DNA of 64,000 nucleotides from an uncultured Nitrososphaeraceae archaeon (GTDB taxonomy: Archaea > Thermoproteota > Nitrososphaeria > Nitrososphaerales > Nitrososphaeraceae). Of this stretch, positions 21,314-32,298 are shown one piece after another. The DNA is taken from the NCBI GenBank assembly GCA_963779615.1, contig CAVZZA010000005.1, positions 800,001 through 864,000 on the forward strand, read 5' to 3'. Position 1 is the first letter of the stretch. Every line of letters starts with the position of its first letter. The notes beneath the pieces are model-generated. The model was not told the DNA's origin, searched no databases, and saw only the letters and a list, made by a program, of their open reading frames with translations. Position numbers and translations under genes: made by a program.

Positions 21314-22590
21314 TCAATCCCTCTGCAAAGCCAAAATGGGTAGTAGCCTAGACGCCTTAAACGCCGGAAACAGGCCCGCCATAAAACTCAACCCTACAGT
21401 TATTGCCCACACCCGCGCCAAGTCAGACGCAAGATATACCGGCGAAATACCCGGTTGATCACCTGAGCTAAAACCGGCACTTAAACCGAACCCTGCCACA
21501 ATTCCAGCCAAGAGGCCGGTTGTTGCTCCAAATATACCGATAAGCAATGCTTCGGCAAGAAACAGTGACAACACATACCCATCCCTCGCACCTATGGCCT
21601 TTAGCGTCCCAATCTCTCTTGTTCTTTCAATGACAGACGTATAAAGTGTGGTGATGATGCCGACAGCCCCCACAATTAAAGAGACTATTGCAATGCTTAG
21701 TAGAAAGGCGCTTACTCCACTAGTGAACTCCTGTACTGTCTTTATGATGGCCTTTACGGTAGTAATGCCTATGTCATTGCCGTACAGTTTTCTTATTTCT
21801 TGCTCTATGGTGTCTATAAGGTCTGGAGATAATGCAACTATTATTATCGAATCGAATTTTCCGGATTTGTGAAATAGAGAGTTTCCTACCTGGGTATTTA
21901 CAACAACAGCCTTATCTATAGTGGGATTACCGGTAGGCTTCATTACAGCTCTTACTACAAAGCTTTTTACTTCCTTGTCGCTATTTCCTGTTGTAGGGTC
22001 AACAAAGGAATATGTCGCCTTAACTGTTTGCCCTAATGACAAAAATGGTGTTGATTCTCCGGGTGGTTGAGCAACATCACTTGAAATTATAATTGCAGAT
22101 GGATCATTCTGTCTGACCACAGATCCATCAACATACTCTAGTGTTGGTGCCAGAATGGTCAGTTTTTCAGGATTTATGGAAAACACGCTATAGTCCTTTG
22201 CTTTACCTTGGGATTCCAGTGAGACAGTGGTTTGGTATGATGGAATTGTCTCTTTCACAAAGGGTAATGAGCCCAGTCTACTTTCAATTGCCGCATTCAA
22301 AGTAATTTTTGCAGTAGGTGGAGGACCACCGCCACCGCCACCTGCTCCCCCCCACCACCTGGTCCTGCACCATTTCCAGATTGGGGCTGTGGTGCCGAAT
22401 TTATAAACATGATATTGCCTGCCAGATTGCTGGTTTGTTTGTTGAAGAATTCTGAAAATCCAGATCCTATTCCACTGACTGCGACCATCAGGCTACTTCC
22501 TACCATAACCATAAGAATGGTTAAAATAGATTTGATTTTTCTTTCTTTAATTGCATCAAAAGACATTGCCAATATCTGTTTCAAATCCAT
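21314..22590 (-). CDS. ABC transporter permease (MacB/FtsX-like), split by a frameshift in a G7 run at 22347-22353
   Basis: KSILTILMVMVG N-terminus; IAIVSLIVGAVGIITTLYTSVIERTREIGTLKAIGA; PAFKASRL. Confidence 0.88.
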
Positions 22591-22670
22591 TTTTGGATCA
22601 CTTTAGTCAATTTCTCCTTCTTTGTTTACACGGCAATGGGCAAGGATATGTGTGTGTATTCTTGTTATCA

Positions 22671-24815
22671 TTAAGCAGAATCAATTCCATCATCATCCAA
22701 AAGAGAAATGTCTTCTTTGCCTGTTGTCGAATTGCCAGCATCCCGAGACAGCTTATCTTTCCTTCTTCTTCGCATTCTTAACAAAAATACAAGGAGAACC
22801 ATTAAGACAGCAGATATGGAGGCAGCAAATAATATGTCCATCTTGTCAATTCCAAAGATACTTTGGTTTTTATTTTCCAAATCCTGCACAGTTGGCTTAT
22901 AGCTAACCGTGTGGTTTAATATCAACTCATGGGAATTTCTCAAATTATCTTTGTAACTCACTTTGATACTGACAGGATATGCGCCTCCAGGCATATTTTT
23001 AGTAATGTTTATCGGAATGCTAAAGGGCAATGGTGAATTTTCCGTTAGGTCTCCCAGATACTGTGAGGGCGGAATATTGGATATCAACTGTATTTTGCTT
23101 TTATCCATTTGCCTTTGAGAGTTAACTTGTTTTTCTAAAGACGGGGAAGCGGATGGCAATGCCTTGTCAGATGGATATTCAGGCGCGCCACCAGATAAGC
23201 CAGGGATCACAATCTGAACTCTAGTAAAGAATGCCATTGTGTTTCCCTCGTTTAACAGGTTGCCACCCAAATTAGGAACACCACCTATTTCGTTTACAGA
23301 AACATCATAGGACGTTACCCTCACCTGACCTTCCACATATGCACCCAGGTTTACGGAATCTGTTCTGGTCTTTCCACCTAACACATAATCAGCATCTAGT
23401 GTAAAAGTAACAGGCTTGTTTATCATGTCCTCTGCTGCAAAAACTAAGACGGACAGTTCTTTATCCACTTTAGAAGGGAAAAGAGGAAATGCCCATCTTG
23501 AGCTTCCAAGAATCTTGACAGAGTCAGATGGCGAGGAAAGTGAAATAACCGCATCTGTTAGCGCCTCATCACCATTATTATGCACTGCAAATTGCATGTT
23601 TTCTATCTTTCCAGATTTAACAATAATTGATTTGTTTTCATCACTATTGTTTGCGCCAACAATGTTTTTATCGTCACCATCTTCATTTGACTCTGAAATT
23701 GGTTTTTTTGGCAAAACGCTCAAGACAGATTCGGGTGCATTTGGGGAAACAATCAGGCCAATGGAGGCATCCAGTGATTTTCTATTGCCATAGGCATCAT
23801 TGTAAGTAATCTGCAGGTTTAATGTTTGAATCGTCCCCCCAGCGCTATAATCCACATATATCATCGGGTTTATTGTTGTCAGGCTATTTGCATGGATAGT
23901 CCCCATGTCAAAGGTTGTTGCTTGCAAAGTAGTCAGGCCCGGATTTCCGTTGCTGGTGTCATTGAATCCCTGTTTGTTTGAAGTCTCCGATTTTGTGTTG
24001 GAGTTATTTTTGTTCTCTAATTGCGCACCATTGAATTTTGAGTTGTTACCGTTTTTATCACTAATGCCAGCATTTTCCTCACCACTCTTTACACTGTCTA
24101 TGTTCGTAATTGCGCCTCCGCTTAAATTAGTTATACTTGCCACAGCCCCGCTTGCGTCAGCGGATCCTTTGTTTTTTATAGCTATGGCTATTTTGTTTGG
24201 AAAGCCTGTAGTCAGGTTTTGTGTGAGGGATGTGGTATCAAGAATAACTTTTCCCGTGACTCTAAAGGGTATATCCATCTTTGATGAAATTTGCCCAGTT
24301 TCTTGAACTTTTGAATACAGCAGGTTCAAATTTGACAGATAGGATCCCACTGTTGCGTTTTTCAACACATCAACGGTAAAAAACAAAGGAAAGCTTTGTC
24401 CAGGTTTTACCACAGCGTTGTAACTAGCTACAGAGGTATTTTCAGAGGTAACATTGTTTTCACCTTTGATTGACCTAAATTCAGGTGGAAGGTCTAAAAA
24501 CCCTTTTAATCCTGTAATGTCAGACCTGCCGGTGTTCACCAATATAACCGCCAATTTAGAAGGGCCATCCCCTGGGCCAACCTCTATCCTCATGGGATTT
24601 GTCAAATCGGTCGATGATGGGTTTGCAGAGGGGTTATCTGTCCAATAGGAATCAAGGAACGCAGGGCTTTTATCATCAGATGATGACAGGAACTGGCCAT
24701 ACACATTTGGCATATACAAAAACAAATGATTATTAAAACCATTCAAAACTGCAAAACAAGATAACGATATAGAAATAAACAAAAGTGAGTAATTTAGGAA
24801 ACTGGCGGTATTCAT
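22671..24815 (-). CDS. COG1361-like (S-layer-domain / CARDB-like Ig repeats) membrane-anchored protein
   Basis: Signal peptide, repeated I.N.G...A and ITYNDAYGN / VSYKDNLRN Ig-like modules, C-terminal TM followed by RMRRRRK; lies between the ABC ATPase and permease. Confidence 0.8.
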   Translation of the reverse strand: MNTASFLNYSLLFISISLSCFAVLNGFNNHLFLYMPNVYGQFLSSSDDKSPAFLDSYWTDNPSANPSSTDLTNPMRIEVGPGDGPSKLAVILVNTGRSDITGLKGFLDLPPEFRSIKGENNVTSENTSVASYNAVVKPGQSFPLFFTVDVLKNATVGSYLSNLNLLYSKVQETGQISSKMDIPFRVTGKVILDTTSLTQNLTTGFPNKIAIAIKNKGSADASGAVASITNLSGGAITNIDSVKSGEENAGISDKNGNNSKFNGAQLENKNNSNTKSETSNKQGFNDTSNGNPGLTTLQATTFDMGTIHANSLTTINPMIYVDYSAGGTIQTLNLQITYNDAYGNRKSLDASIGLIVSPNAPESVLSVLPKKPISESNEDGDDKNIVGANNSDENKSIIVKSGKIENMQFAVHNNGDEALTDAVISLSSPSDSVKILGSSRWAFPLFPSKVDKELSVLVFAAEDMINKPVTFTLDADYVLGGKTRTDSVNLGAYVEGQVRVTSYDVSVNEIGGVPNLGGNLLNEGNTMAFFTRVQIVIPGLSGGAPEYPSDKALPSASPSLEKQVNSQRQMDKSKIQLISNIPPSQYLGDLTENSPLPFSIPINITKNMPGGAYPVSIKVSYKDNLRNSHELILNHTVSYKPTVQDLENKNQSIFGIDKMDILFAASISAVLMVLLVFLLRMRRRRKDKLSRDAGNSTTGKEDISLLDDDGIDSA

Positions 24816-24883
24816 AAAAATTGTCCCTTTTTAGTATTGATGCCTGATTTGGAGTTATTAATGTATTGTAAATCAATCTCACA

Positions 24884-25648
24884 TCATGCTTTATTTAAGT
24901 TTGTTGTTTGCTTTTCAACTTTACCATCTCTAATGAACACTGTTCTATCGGTTTCAGCTGCAAGCTCTGGGTTATGAGTTACAAAGATTATTGTTCTCTT
25001 GTATTTTCGGACCAGAACCTTTAACAAATCAAAGACTTCTCGCCCTGTTTTGGTATCCAAGTTCCCGGTTGGTTCGTCGGCCAGGATTATTGTGGGGTTG
25101 TTAATAAGTGCTCTTGCAATAGCGACTCTTTGCTGCTGTCCGCCACTAAGGCTTGTAGGCTTTTGGTCTGCTTTATTTTTAATTCCCAATATCTCCAGTA
25201 GTCTGAGTGATCGGCGGTGCCTTTCCCCGTCTTTTAACCCTGCAATAATTGCGGGAATTTCAATGTTTTTTTGCACTGTTGTCCTGTTGATTAAATTAAA
25301 TGACTGAAAAATAAATCCAATTAACTTGTTTCTCATGTCTGCAATTTCTGCGTTGCGAAGAGCAAAGATATCTATGCCGTTGATATAGATTTTGCCTGAG
25401 GTCGGCCTATCCAAAGCTCCCAAAATGTTCAGCAAAGTGGATTTTCCGCTGCCAGAAGGTCCTACTACCGAAACAAACTCGCCTTTTTTTACCAAAAAAT
25501 TAATTCCTTTTAGAGCAACAAACTTTCCAGAAGAAGAGTAAAAAACTTTGGATAGGTTTTTTACATCCATTGCTATTGAATCAATTGGTATATTGCCAGG
25601 TGAGTGAGGCAAACCAATGGACTCATTGTCTCCCATAGGTTTTGCCAT
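24884..25648 (-). CDS. ABC transporter ATP-binding protein (LolD/MacB-like)
   Basis: GPSGSGKST, GFIFQSFNL, LSGGQQQRVAIARAL, ILADEPTGNLD. Confidence 0.95.
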   Translation of the reverse strand: MAKPMGDNESIGLPHSPGNIPIDSIAMDVKNLSKVFYSSSGKFVALKGINFLVKKGEFVSVVGPSGSGKSTLLNILGALDRPTSGKIYINGIDIFALRNAEIADMRNKLIGFIFQSFNLINRTTVQKNIEIPAIIAGLKDGERHRRSLRLLEILGIKNKADQKPTSLSGGQQQRVAIARALINNPTIILADEPTGNLDTKTGREVFDLLKVLVRKYKRTIIFVTHNPELAAETDRTVFIRDGKVEKQTTNLNKA

Positions 25649-25737
25649 AGCTAATCCATTTCAAAATGATATCCTTGTTAATATCACCATTACAAAGTGT
25701 TCTCCGTCATTAATTTATTCGACGCGTCATCAACACA

Positions 25738-26409
25738 CTAACTTCCATTCTGTATCTCTTCACAATTTCCTGCGGAGTCATCACCATCGGTTAAATTAAA
25801 ATCGATTACCACATCCACTCCTTCACCACAGTCAAAATAATCGCTCCCTAGATCTCCAACAAGAATATCATCCCCAACATCACCATATAACTTGTCGTTT
25901 CCTTGATCGCCCACCAGATAGTCATCATCCACTCCACCAGCCATAATGTCATCACCATCGCCACCATAAAGCTGATCACTACCAGTACCTCCTTGAACAA
26001 CATCATTGCCTGCTTCACCATATAGCTGGTCTGCGCCTTCGTTTCCTTGAATTTTGTCGTTTCCTCCTAACCCGTGAATACTGTCAGAGCCGTCAAGTGC
26101 GACGATTATATTATCACGCGGGGTACCGCTAATCCTGTCGTTTCCAAAAGAACCCATTATAAAATTTTCCAAAGATTTGGTGGTTGAATTTGTCAAAGGC
26201 TGCTGTGGTTGTGGCGAGTTTCTGTTGATGGAAAGTGATGAGGTATTGTCGATTGTTGTTGCGGTAATAGTCTGAGCTTGGACTTTTGTTTCTTTCATAA
26301 AACCAATATAGGCGAATGACACAGCAAAGCCAAATACTATAACTAACAGCAAAGCATAAACAATTGGTTGATTGTTATTGTCAAACCGGCCCCAATTATA
26401 AAATTTCAA
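25738..26409 (-). CDS. RTX/hemolysin-type calcium-binding repeat protein with N-terminal hydrophobic segment
   Basis: Many GGxGxDxL nonapeptides; C-terminal DYFDCGEGVD..GNCE. Confidence 0.9.
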   Translation of the reverse strand: MKFYNWGRFDNNNQPIVYALLLVIVFGFAVSFAYIGFMKETKVQAQTITATTIDNTSSLSINRNSPQPQQPLTNSTTKSLENFIMGSFGNDRISGTPRDNIIVALDGSDSIHGLGGNDKIQGNEGADQLYGEAGNDVVQGGTGSDQLYGGDGDDIMAGGVDDDYLVGDQGNDKLYGDVGDDILVGDLGSDYFDCGEGVDVVIDFNLTDGDDSAGNCEEIQNGS

Positions 26410-27374
26410 TTAAGCAAGATATGCAAAAATAATTAATAAATTTTCCCTATAAGAATTTTTAATTGGGATGATTCAATTGACAAATGAATGTAAAACTACA
26501 TATTTAATTCAAAATCCTCTTTTTAAAAAAAAGTCATAATTGTTTATACCCAATGCATTTGAACCAGGCAAAAAATAATTAAAGTATTGAAGTATGTTCC
26601 CTATTTGAAAGCTAGTGTATAATTTGACTGTTATCCTTTACTAATACTTATATACAATATGCCGGTTTCACAATCACCAACAAACAGTTTGTGCCAGCCA
26701 GTTAATCATTTAGCAGGGGTTTCCACCTGGCTTGAACATGCAATAAGAAAACCATAACTTTTTAAATCACCATAAGCCAGGAATAAGAAATTGACAATAT
26801 CAATAGCTGGGCAATGAAATAAAGGAATCAAGAAAAAAGGAGGCTATGGACAAAATATTTCGGATTGAAGCTATAAACAGGCCTCGTGTTTTTAGGCAGT
26901 ATGGCTTTCACATAACCTCAAATCCCCTAAAAACTCGAAAGGTTTTCCTAACCTTACATTTTCTTAAAAATGTGCACTTCGACATCAGCAAACACAATAG
27001 TCTGGATTAAAAAAGTCAAAAGGAAAGTGAGAAATACAATTTATAAAGTTAACAGGTAACGGTCAGCAATTGTAATGAAATTCATTACCAACAATATAAC
27101 ACATTTTAAACATGTGAAGAAAGAATATCATGATATAAGATAGGGTTTTGTTAATAAACAACACGTGACATGAAGCTATTTTTATGAATCACATGCGAAC
27201 TAGATAAGTTCAACGTCAAGTCATGTCATTTTACTCGTCATAACTTGACATTGTTTACAAGCTAAAAACATAACACCGATTAACATGAGATGCCATGTTG
27301 TCTTGTTTATCTGCACGACAATCTATAACTTATTTTTTAAGGCAGAGGGAGTATTTTGTAAATTTAACAAAATA

Positions 27375-28033
27375 CTATGCATTCACTATTTCGCAATTTC
27401 CTGATATGGTGTCTCCTTGTGATGCACTATAATCAAGTACTGTATCTGTTCCCGCACCGCAATCAAATTGATCTGCCCCTTTCCCACCTTGCAAAATGTC
27501 ATTGTTTTCATCACCAAACAATCTATCATTTCCATCACCACCAGACAAAAAATCCTCGTTTACTCCACCTACCACAACATCATTTCCGCTGCCCCCATCT
27601 ATTCTGTCCTTACCAGCGTTTCCTTGAAGTATATCATCACCGGCCTGACCGAATATCGTGTCATCACCATTACTACCGGACACCAGATCATCAGAACTTT
27701 TTGCATATACTGTAGTGGCTGAACTTGGAGTCAAACCACCAGTACCTACCCTCTAAAACAAAAATAGTGTCAGCATGGTTGGTTCCATAAATAACCCCAT
27801 TTGACGAACAGGTAATAGTATTACTGTTACCTGGACTATCCGGGCAGTTACTCATATCCCCAAAGTTATGGTTATCGGTTTTGATTGTGGGAAGTTTGCC
27901 TTGTACAAAAAGGATCATTGAATCCAAAAAAGGTACTTTTAACAGTTATTAATAACAGGAGTAAGCATCCTACAAGAATAAACCTTTGCATTGATTTTTT
28001 TTTATCACCATGTGGGATTCTTGCATTATTCAT
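27375..28033 (-). pseudogene. Second RTX calcium-binding repeat protein with two frameshifts (near 27909 and 27750)
   Basis: MNNARIP..RFILVGCLLLLLIT signal from 28033; VIYGTNHADTIF; GGSGND / GGDGND / GGKGAD repeats; FDCGAG..GNCE. Confidence 0.8.
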
Positions 28034-28775
28034 ATGTATATTGACTCCTCTTACTCATTAATGGAAATCGGACAAAACACTCTAGTTACAGATGCCATCA
28101 AATTAGAATTAAAATTAAAATTATTATTATAACAATAACGTTGTTTATTCATATACATACACTCACTATAAATTCACAACCATATAATATAAAGATAATA
28201 TAACAAGATTCTATCTAAATTATCAATAAGTAGTAAACCTTATTTTCAGATTCATTCGATAACCTCCAAAGACACAATAATTTTTGGACATCATCAGCAA
28301 TTGATAACTGAAAAACATGATTTTATTTTTGTCAATAGCAAACAAAAAGAAAACATTCACGACGGGACAAGCATCCAACAGCACAACCTATAGTTAATAC
28401 GCACATGGAAAACATTCCATCCCAAAGTCAGCAATTTTTACTCAATTACAGGACATGGAATTTTAGTAAACATGCCAAACATATAATGACCTTTTCGAAA
28501 AAGTGTTCATTTTTGAGTGGCTGGAATGATATAATTCAAAAATGAATGGCATAAGGAGTTGGTATCGGTATTGCACATGTTTAAGGTAATCACTAAAAAC
28601 ATTCGCCGCCTTTTGCACTAGTTTGGTTTGTAAAGCAACTACTATAATAGGAGTAATAAACAAATGAATGAATCTTTTAGCAGATTCTAAATTCTTTTAT
28701 TGCTTTTTTATTGTTGTTGTTGTGATGTAGCCTGTAGTGGTGTTGCTGGTAGAGGCAGATGCGTTAATGTTTGAA

Positions 28776-29345
28776 TTATTTGCATCTAACTGCTGCTGTC
28801 AGTTGTCTTGAGTTTTGCTCAAATGTTTTTGCCGTGTTTACGCCCATGTTTGACAGGTGCTTTGAGTTGTCCTTTGCCTGTTGCATCACTGTTTTCCATG
28901 AGTCCAGGTTTGAGAATATCATGTTGTTTGTGAGTCTGATTGCTGACACTGTGTTGTCCGCTACATTGCTGACAAACCTTGCGTATGCCTTGGTTGCTGC
29001 GTCAGGGGATGAGAACCTTGTTACTAACCCGTTAAAGCTTTCGCTGTATGGGGCCCATGCTGATTGGAGTGAGCTGATGATCTCCTTTTGTGAGTCGATG
29101 TAATCCTCTGAAACCTCTTTTGCGGTTTGGAGTGATTGCTCCTGGTAGCTGTTCACGATGTTGTTGATTCGTGGAATCTGGTTCTTTGATTCGTCCAATG
29201 ATTTTCTGATGTTGTCCTTTGCCTCGTCAAGTGACCTGTTGACTGACTCTTTGAAATCATTGTTATTGTTGTTATTGTTAAAATTGTTATTTTGGTTATT
29301 GGTGTTATATGAGTAACTTTCATTTGTTTCTGTTTTCTTTGACAT
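28776..29345 (-). CDS. Helical hypothetical protein of Nitrososphaeraceae type (phasin-like character); C-terminus probably frameshifted, corrected stop at 28697
   Basis: SVNRSLDEAKDNIRKSLDE..SYQEQ..YIDSQKEII..QSAW..N...VNTAKTF amphipathic helices and a poly-Asn tract. Confidence 0.75.
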   Translation of the reverse strand: MSKKTETNESYSYNTNNQNNNFNNNNNNNDFKESVNRSLDEAKDNIRKSLDESKNQIPRINNIVNSYQEQSLQTAKEVSEDYIDSQKEIISSLQSAWAPYSESFNGLVTRFSSPDAATKAYARFVSNVADNTVSAIRLTNNMIFSNLDSWKTVMQQAKDNSKHLSNMGVNTAKTFEQNSRQLTAAVRCK

Positions 29346-29367
29346 CACCATCTGTTGGTGGGCATCC

Positions 29368-29375
29368 TATATAAA
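29368..29375 (-). promoter_or_regulatory. Archaeal TATA box (TTTATATA)
   Basis: 22 nt upstream of the ATG at 29345, spacing typical of a leaderless transcript. Confidence 0.55.
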
Positions 29376-29496
29376 GGGTGGTATCAAACGGTTTTTAATG
29401 CCAATTATTTACAGAAGGGTGGCCAACTGCAGGTGGAGAAACGGCGATGGCAGCATCACCGTAACCTTGACCATGCAAACCAACAGCATAATCTGG

Positions 29497-30678
29497 TCAT
29501 CTACCTTTATCTTTGACTGGCGTAGACGATTTTCGGTATGGGATAACCCAAATTTGCACTACAGCCACAAGCATTACAGTCAAAATAACAGTAGCGGGCG
29601 TGGAGGTATGTGTTTCAAAAATGAAGTTCAGAATAGGTTTTCCAGGTTGTGTTATACGTAAACGTATGAATTTGTTAGTAATTAGCCATTTGAAGAGGGG
29701 GAACAATACTTGAACCCTGTTATTTCCCCAGTCTGTTACGTACACATTGCCAGAAGAATCAAGGGCAATACCGGATGGATTATCAAACTGCCCATCGCCT
29801 GTGCCTTCTGAACCCCACTTGGTGATGAATGTACCGTTGCTGTCAAACTTTTGTATTTGGTTGTTAAACAAATCTGCTACATACACGTTATCAGAAGAAT
29901 CCATAGATATGGCTTCCAGACCATAGAACTGCCCATCGCCTGTGCCTTCTGAACCCCAATTGGTGATGAATTTGCCGTTGCTGTCAAACTTTTGTATCCG
30001 GTTATTATTAGAATCAGCTACATACACATTGCCAGAAGAATCAAGGGCAATACCGGATGGATTCTGAAACTGCCCATCGCCCGTGCCTTCTGAACCCCAC
30101 TTGGTGATGAAGTTACCGTTGCTGTCAAACTTTTGTATCCGGTTATTGTAATACTCAACTACATACACATTGCCAGAAGAATCAAGGGCAATACCGGATG
30201 GATTCTGAAACTGCCCATCGCCCGTGCCTTCTGAACCCCACTTGGTGATGAAGGTACCGTTGCTGTCAAACTTTTGAATATTGTCATTTTCCCAGTCTCC
30301 TGCATACACATTGCCTGAAGAACCTATAGCGATGCCTCTAAGCCCATAGAACTGCCCATCGCCCGTGCCTTCTGAACCCCACTTAGTGATGAATTTGCCG
30401 TTGCTGTCAAACTTTTGTATCCGGTTATTATTAGAATCAGCTACATACACATTGCCAGAAGAATCAAGGGCAATACCTCGAGGTCTCTCAAACTGCCCAT
30501 CGCCTGTACCACTAGAACCCCATTTTTTTACAAAATGATAGGTTTGGTCGGAAGATGATAGATTTGTTGGCGTTTGAGCCAGAACTTTATCTTGGATAAG
30601 AACAATAATTGTAAAAGATGCTATTGAAAATAATATTATTATCTTCATTAAAGAAATAGATAAATCCGATCTTTTCAT
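29497..30678 (-). CDS. Secreted NHL-repeat six-bladed beta-propeller; true stop probably at 29682 (frameshift near 29705)
   Basis: Six 47-aa repeats KWGSEGTGDGQF..P.GIALDSSGNVYVAD..NNRIQKFD; signal ending VLAQ. Confidence 0.92.
   Translation of the reverse strand: MKRSDLSISLMKIIILFSIASFTIIVLIQDKVLAQTPTNLSSSDQTYHFVKKWGSSGTGDGQFERPRGIALDSSGNVYVADSNNNRIQKFDSNGKFITKWGSEGTGDGQFYGLRGIAIGSSGNVYAGDWENDNIQKFDSNGTFITKWGSEGTGDGQFQNPSGIALDSSGNVYVVEYYNNRIQKFDSNGNFITKWGSEGTGDGQFQNPSGIALDSSGNVYVADSNNNRIQKFDSNGKFITNWGSEGTGDGQFYGLEAISMDSSDNVYVADLFNNQIQKFDSNGTFITKWGSEGTGDGQFDNPSGIALDSSGNVYVTDWGNNRVQVLFPLFKWLITNKFIRLRITQPGKPILNFIFETHTSTPATVILTVMLVAVVQIWVIPYRKSSTPVKDKGR
29710..30530 (-). repeat. 141-bp near-identical coding repeats (NHL blades)
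   Basis: Recurring aactgcccatcgcc(c/t)gtgccttctgaacccca and ccgttgctgtcaaactttt at 141-bp spacing. Confidence 0.9.
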
Positions 30679-31527
30679 TCGTATATCCGTTTTCTTTATA
30701 TCAGACAGCCTTTTAAATATGAATTAGAATCATTTATTCAACATAGCACATTATTCGGATAAACTAAAACATTAGCAAGATCATGATGACGCTTTCTGAT
30801 TGGCTTTGAATCATAAATTCAGAAGGTGTACCTGGTCGTCAATCCCAACCATGCTGTTGCGCCCAATTCTTAAAAATTATTAAAAATTATTCCATCCCTT
30901 TATTTTTGCCTAGATTGTGTATTAAATATTTTCCGCATCATATGCTGCATTTATTACAATCTTGTATTTGTCGCTCTTAAAATCGTTAGGAGCAGTTGTT
31001 TTAAATTTACAGGCAATCAAACACTCAAAGCATCTCTCATTTTCAATGGTTTTGATTTTGTCTCTCGCATTTTTTTGTCAATATCTATATTCTTTTGATT
31101 TTTGTCTACAAGGCATATACACCAATGGACTTGAATTCACTATGTTCGACCTCACCTTGGCATAACTAAAGGAGGAGTATTTACGATCTTTTCAATTCCC
31201 GTCTTCCAAGTGTTGTTTATGCAAGTGGTCGGGTGAGCTATTGCTTTGTGCCTATAGGCTGTGCCACTGCAATCTGTCCCGTATCAGGGTATGCAAGTGA
31301 CTGGCATGTAATTGCTCAGGCTATACTTGAACCGCGCCGGTCGCCTCATCTGACACTTGCGTGCCCACTCCACCGCAGGTGGCATTCGCGTTATGGATGT
31401 GACAGACCCTTTTATACCATCCAACCATAGATTAGGTCTGCCCCCTTGCTTGTAGGCGTCCTCAGTATATGCAGCAAAAGTACCTAACATCTTTGCAAAC
31501 AAAGTCTACCGTCACGATCAGAACACC

Positions 31528-32298
31528 ATGAATAGGCTGGAAGGGAAAGTTGCGGTAATAACAGGCGGAAACAGCGGCATTGGCCTTGCCACGGCCAAGC
31601 GGTTCGTGGAGGAGGGCGTCCATGTTTTCATCACAGGCCACCGCCAAGACGAGATTGATGCAGCAGTCATGCGAATAGGCAAAAGCATCACCGGTGTCCA
31701 TGGGGGACGTTAAACCTTGCGGACCTTGACATGCGGTATGCCACGGTGAAGGAACAGAAGGGCCACATGGACATCCTGTTCGCCAACTCCGGCATTGGGG
31801 AAGTGGCAACACTGGGGGATATCACTGAAGCCCACTTTGACAAAGTCTTCGGCATCAACGTCAAAGGGCTTTTGTTCACCGTGCAAAAGGCGCTTCCGCT
31901 GTTTCAGGGTGGGGGCAATGGTGGCGGTGGTGGCGGCGGTTCCATCATTTTGAATGCCTCGGTGGCCGCATCCAAGGGGGTCGGAGGGTTTAGTGCCTAC
32001 AACGCAACCAAGGCGGCCGTGCGCTCTTTTGCGCGCACCTGGACGGCCGATCTGAAGCAGCGCAGGATACGCGTCAACGCCATCAGTCCCGGCCCGATAG
32101 ACACACCATGCTTTGATGGCCTGCTGGAGACTGACGAGCAGAAGGAGCAATTCAGGGAGGGCCTTTTGTCCGCCGTGCCTATGGGGCGGATGGGAAGTCC
32201 TGACGAAATAGCGAAAGCCGCCACATTCCTCGCGTCAGACGACAGCAGTTTCATCACCGGCATTGAGCTGTTCGTCGATGGGCATGGAGCAGATCTAG
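31528..32298 (+). pseudogene. Short-chain dehydrogenase/reductase (SDR), frameshifted, GC-rich
   Basis: [50 protein letters not shown]; indels near 31700-31712 and near 32282. Confidence 0.88.

Noticed and set aside
29497-29681. C-terminal TM-like extension of the NHL protein
   Set aside because: Probably read-through from a frameshift near 29705; the adjacent frame ends ..SPSSNG* at 29682.
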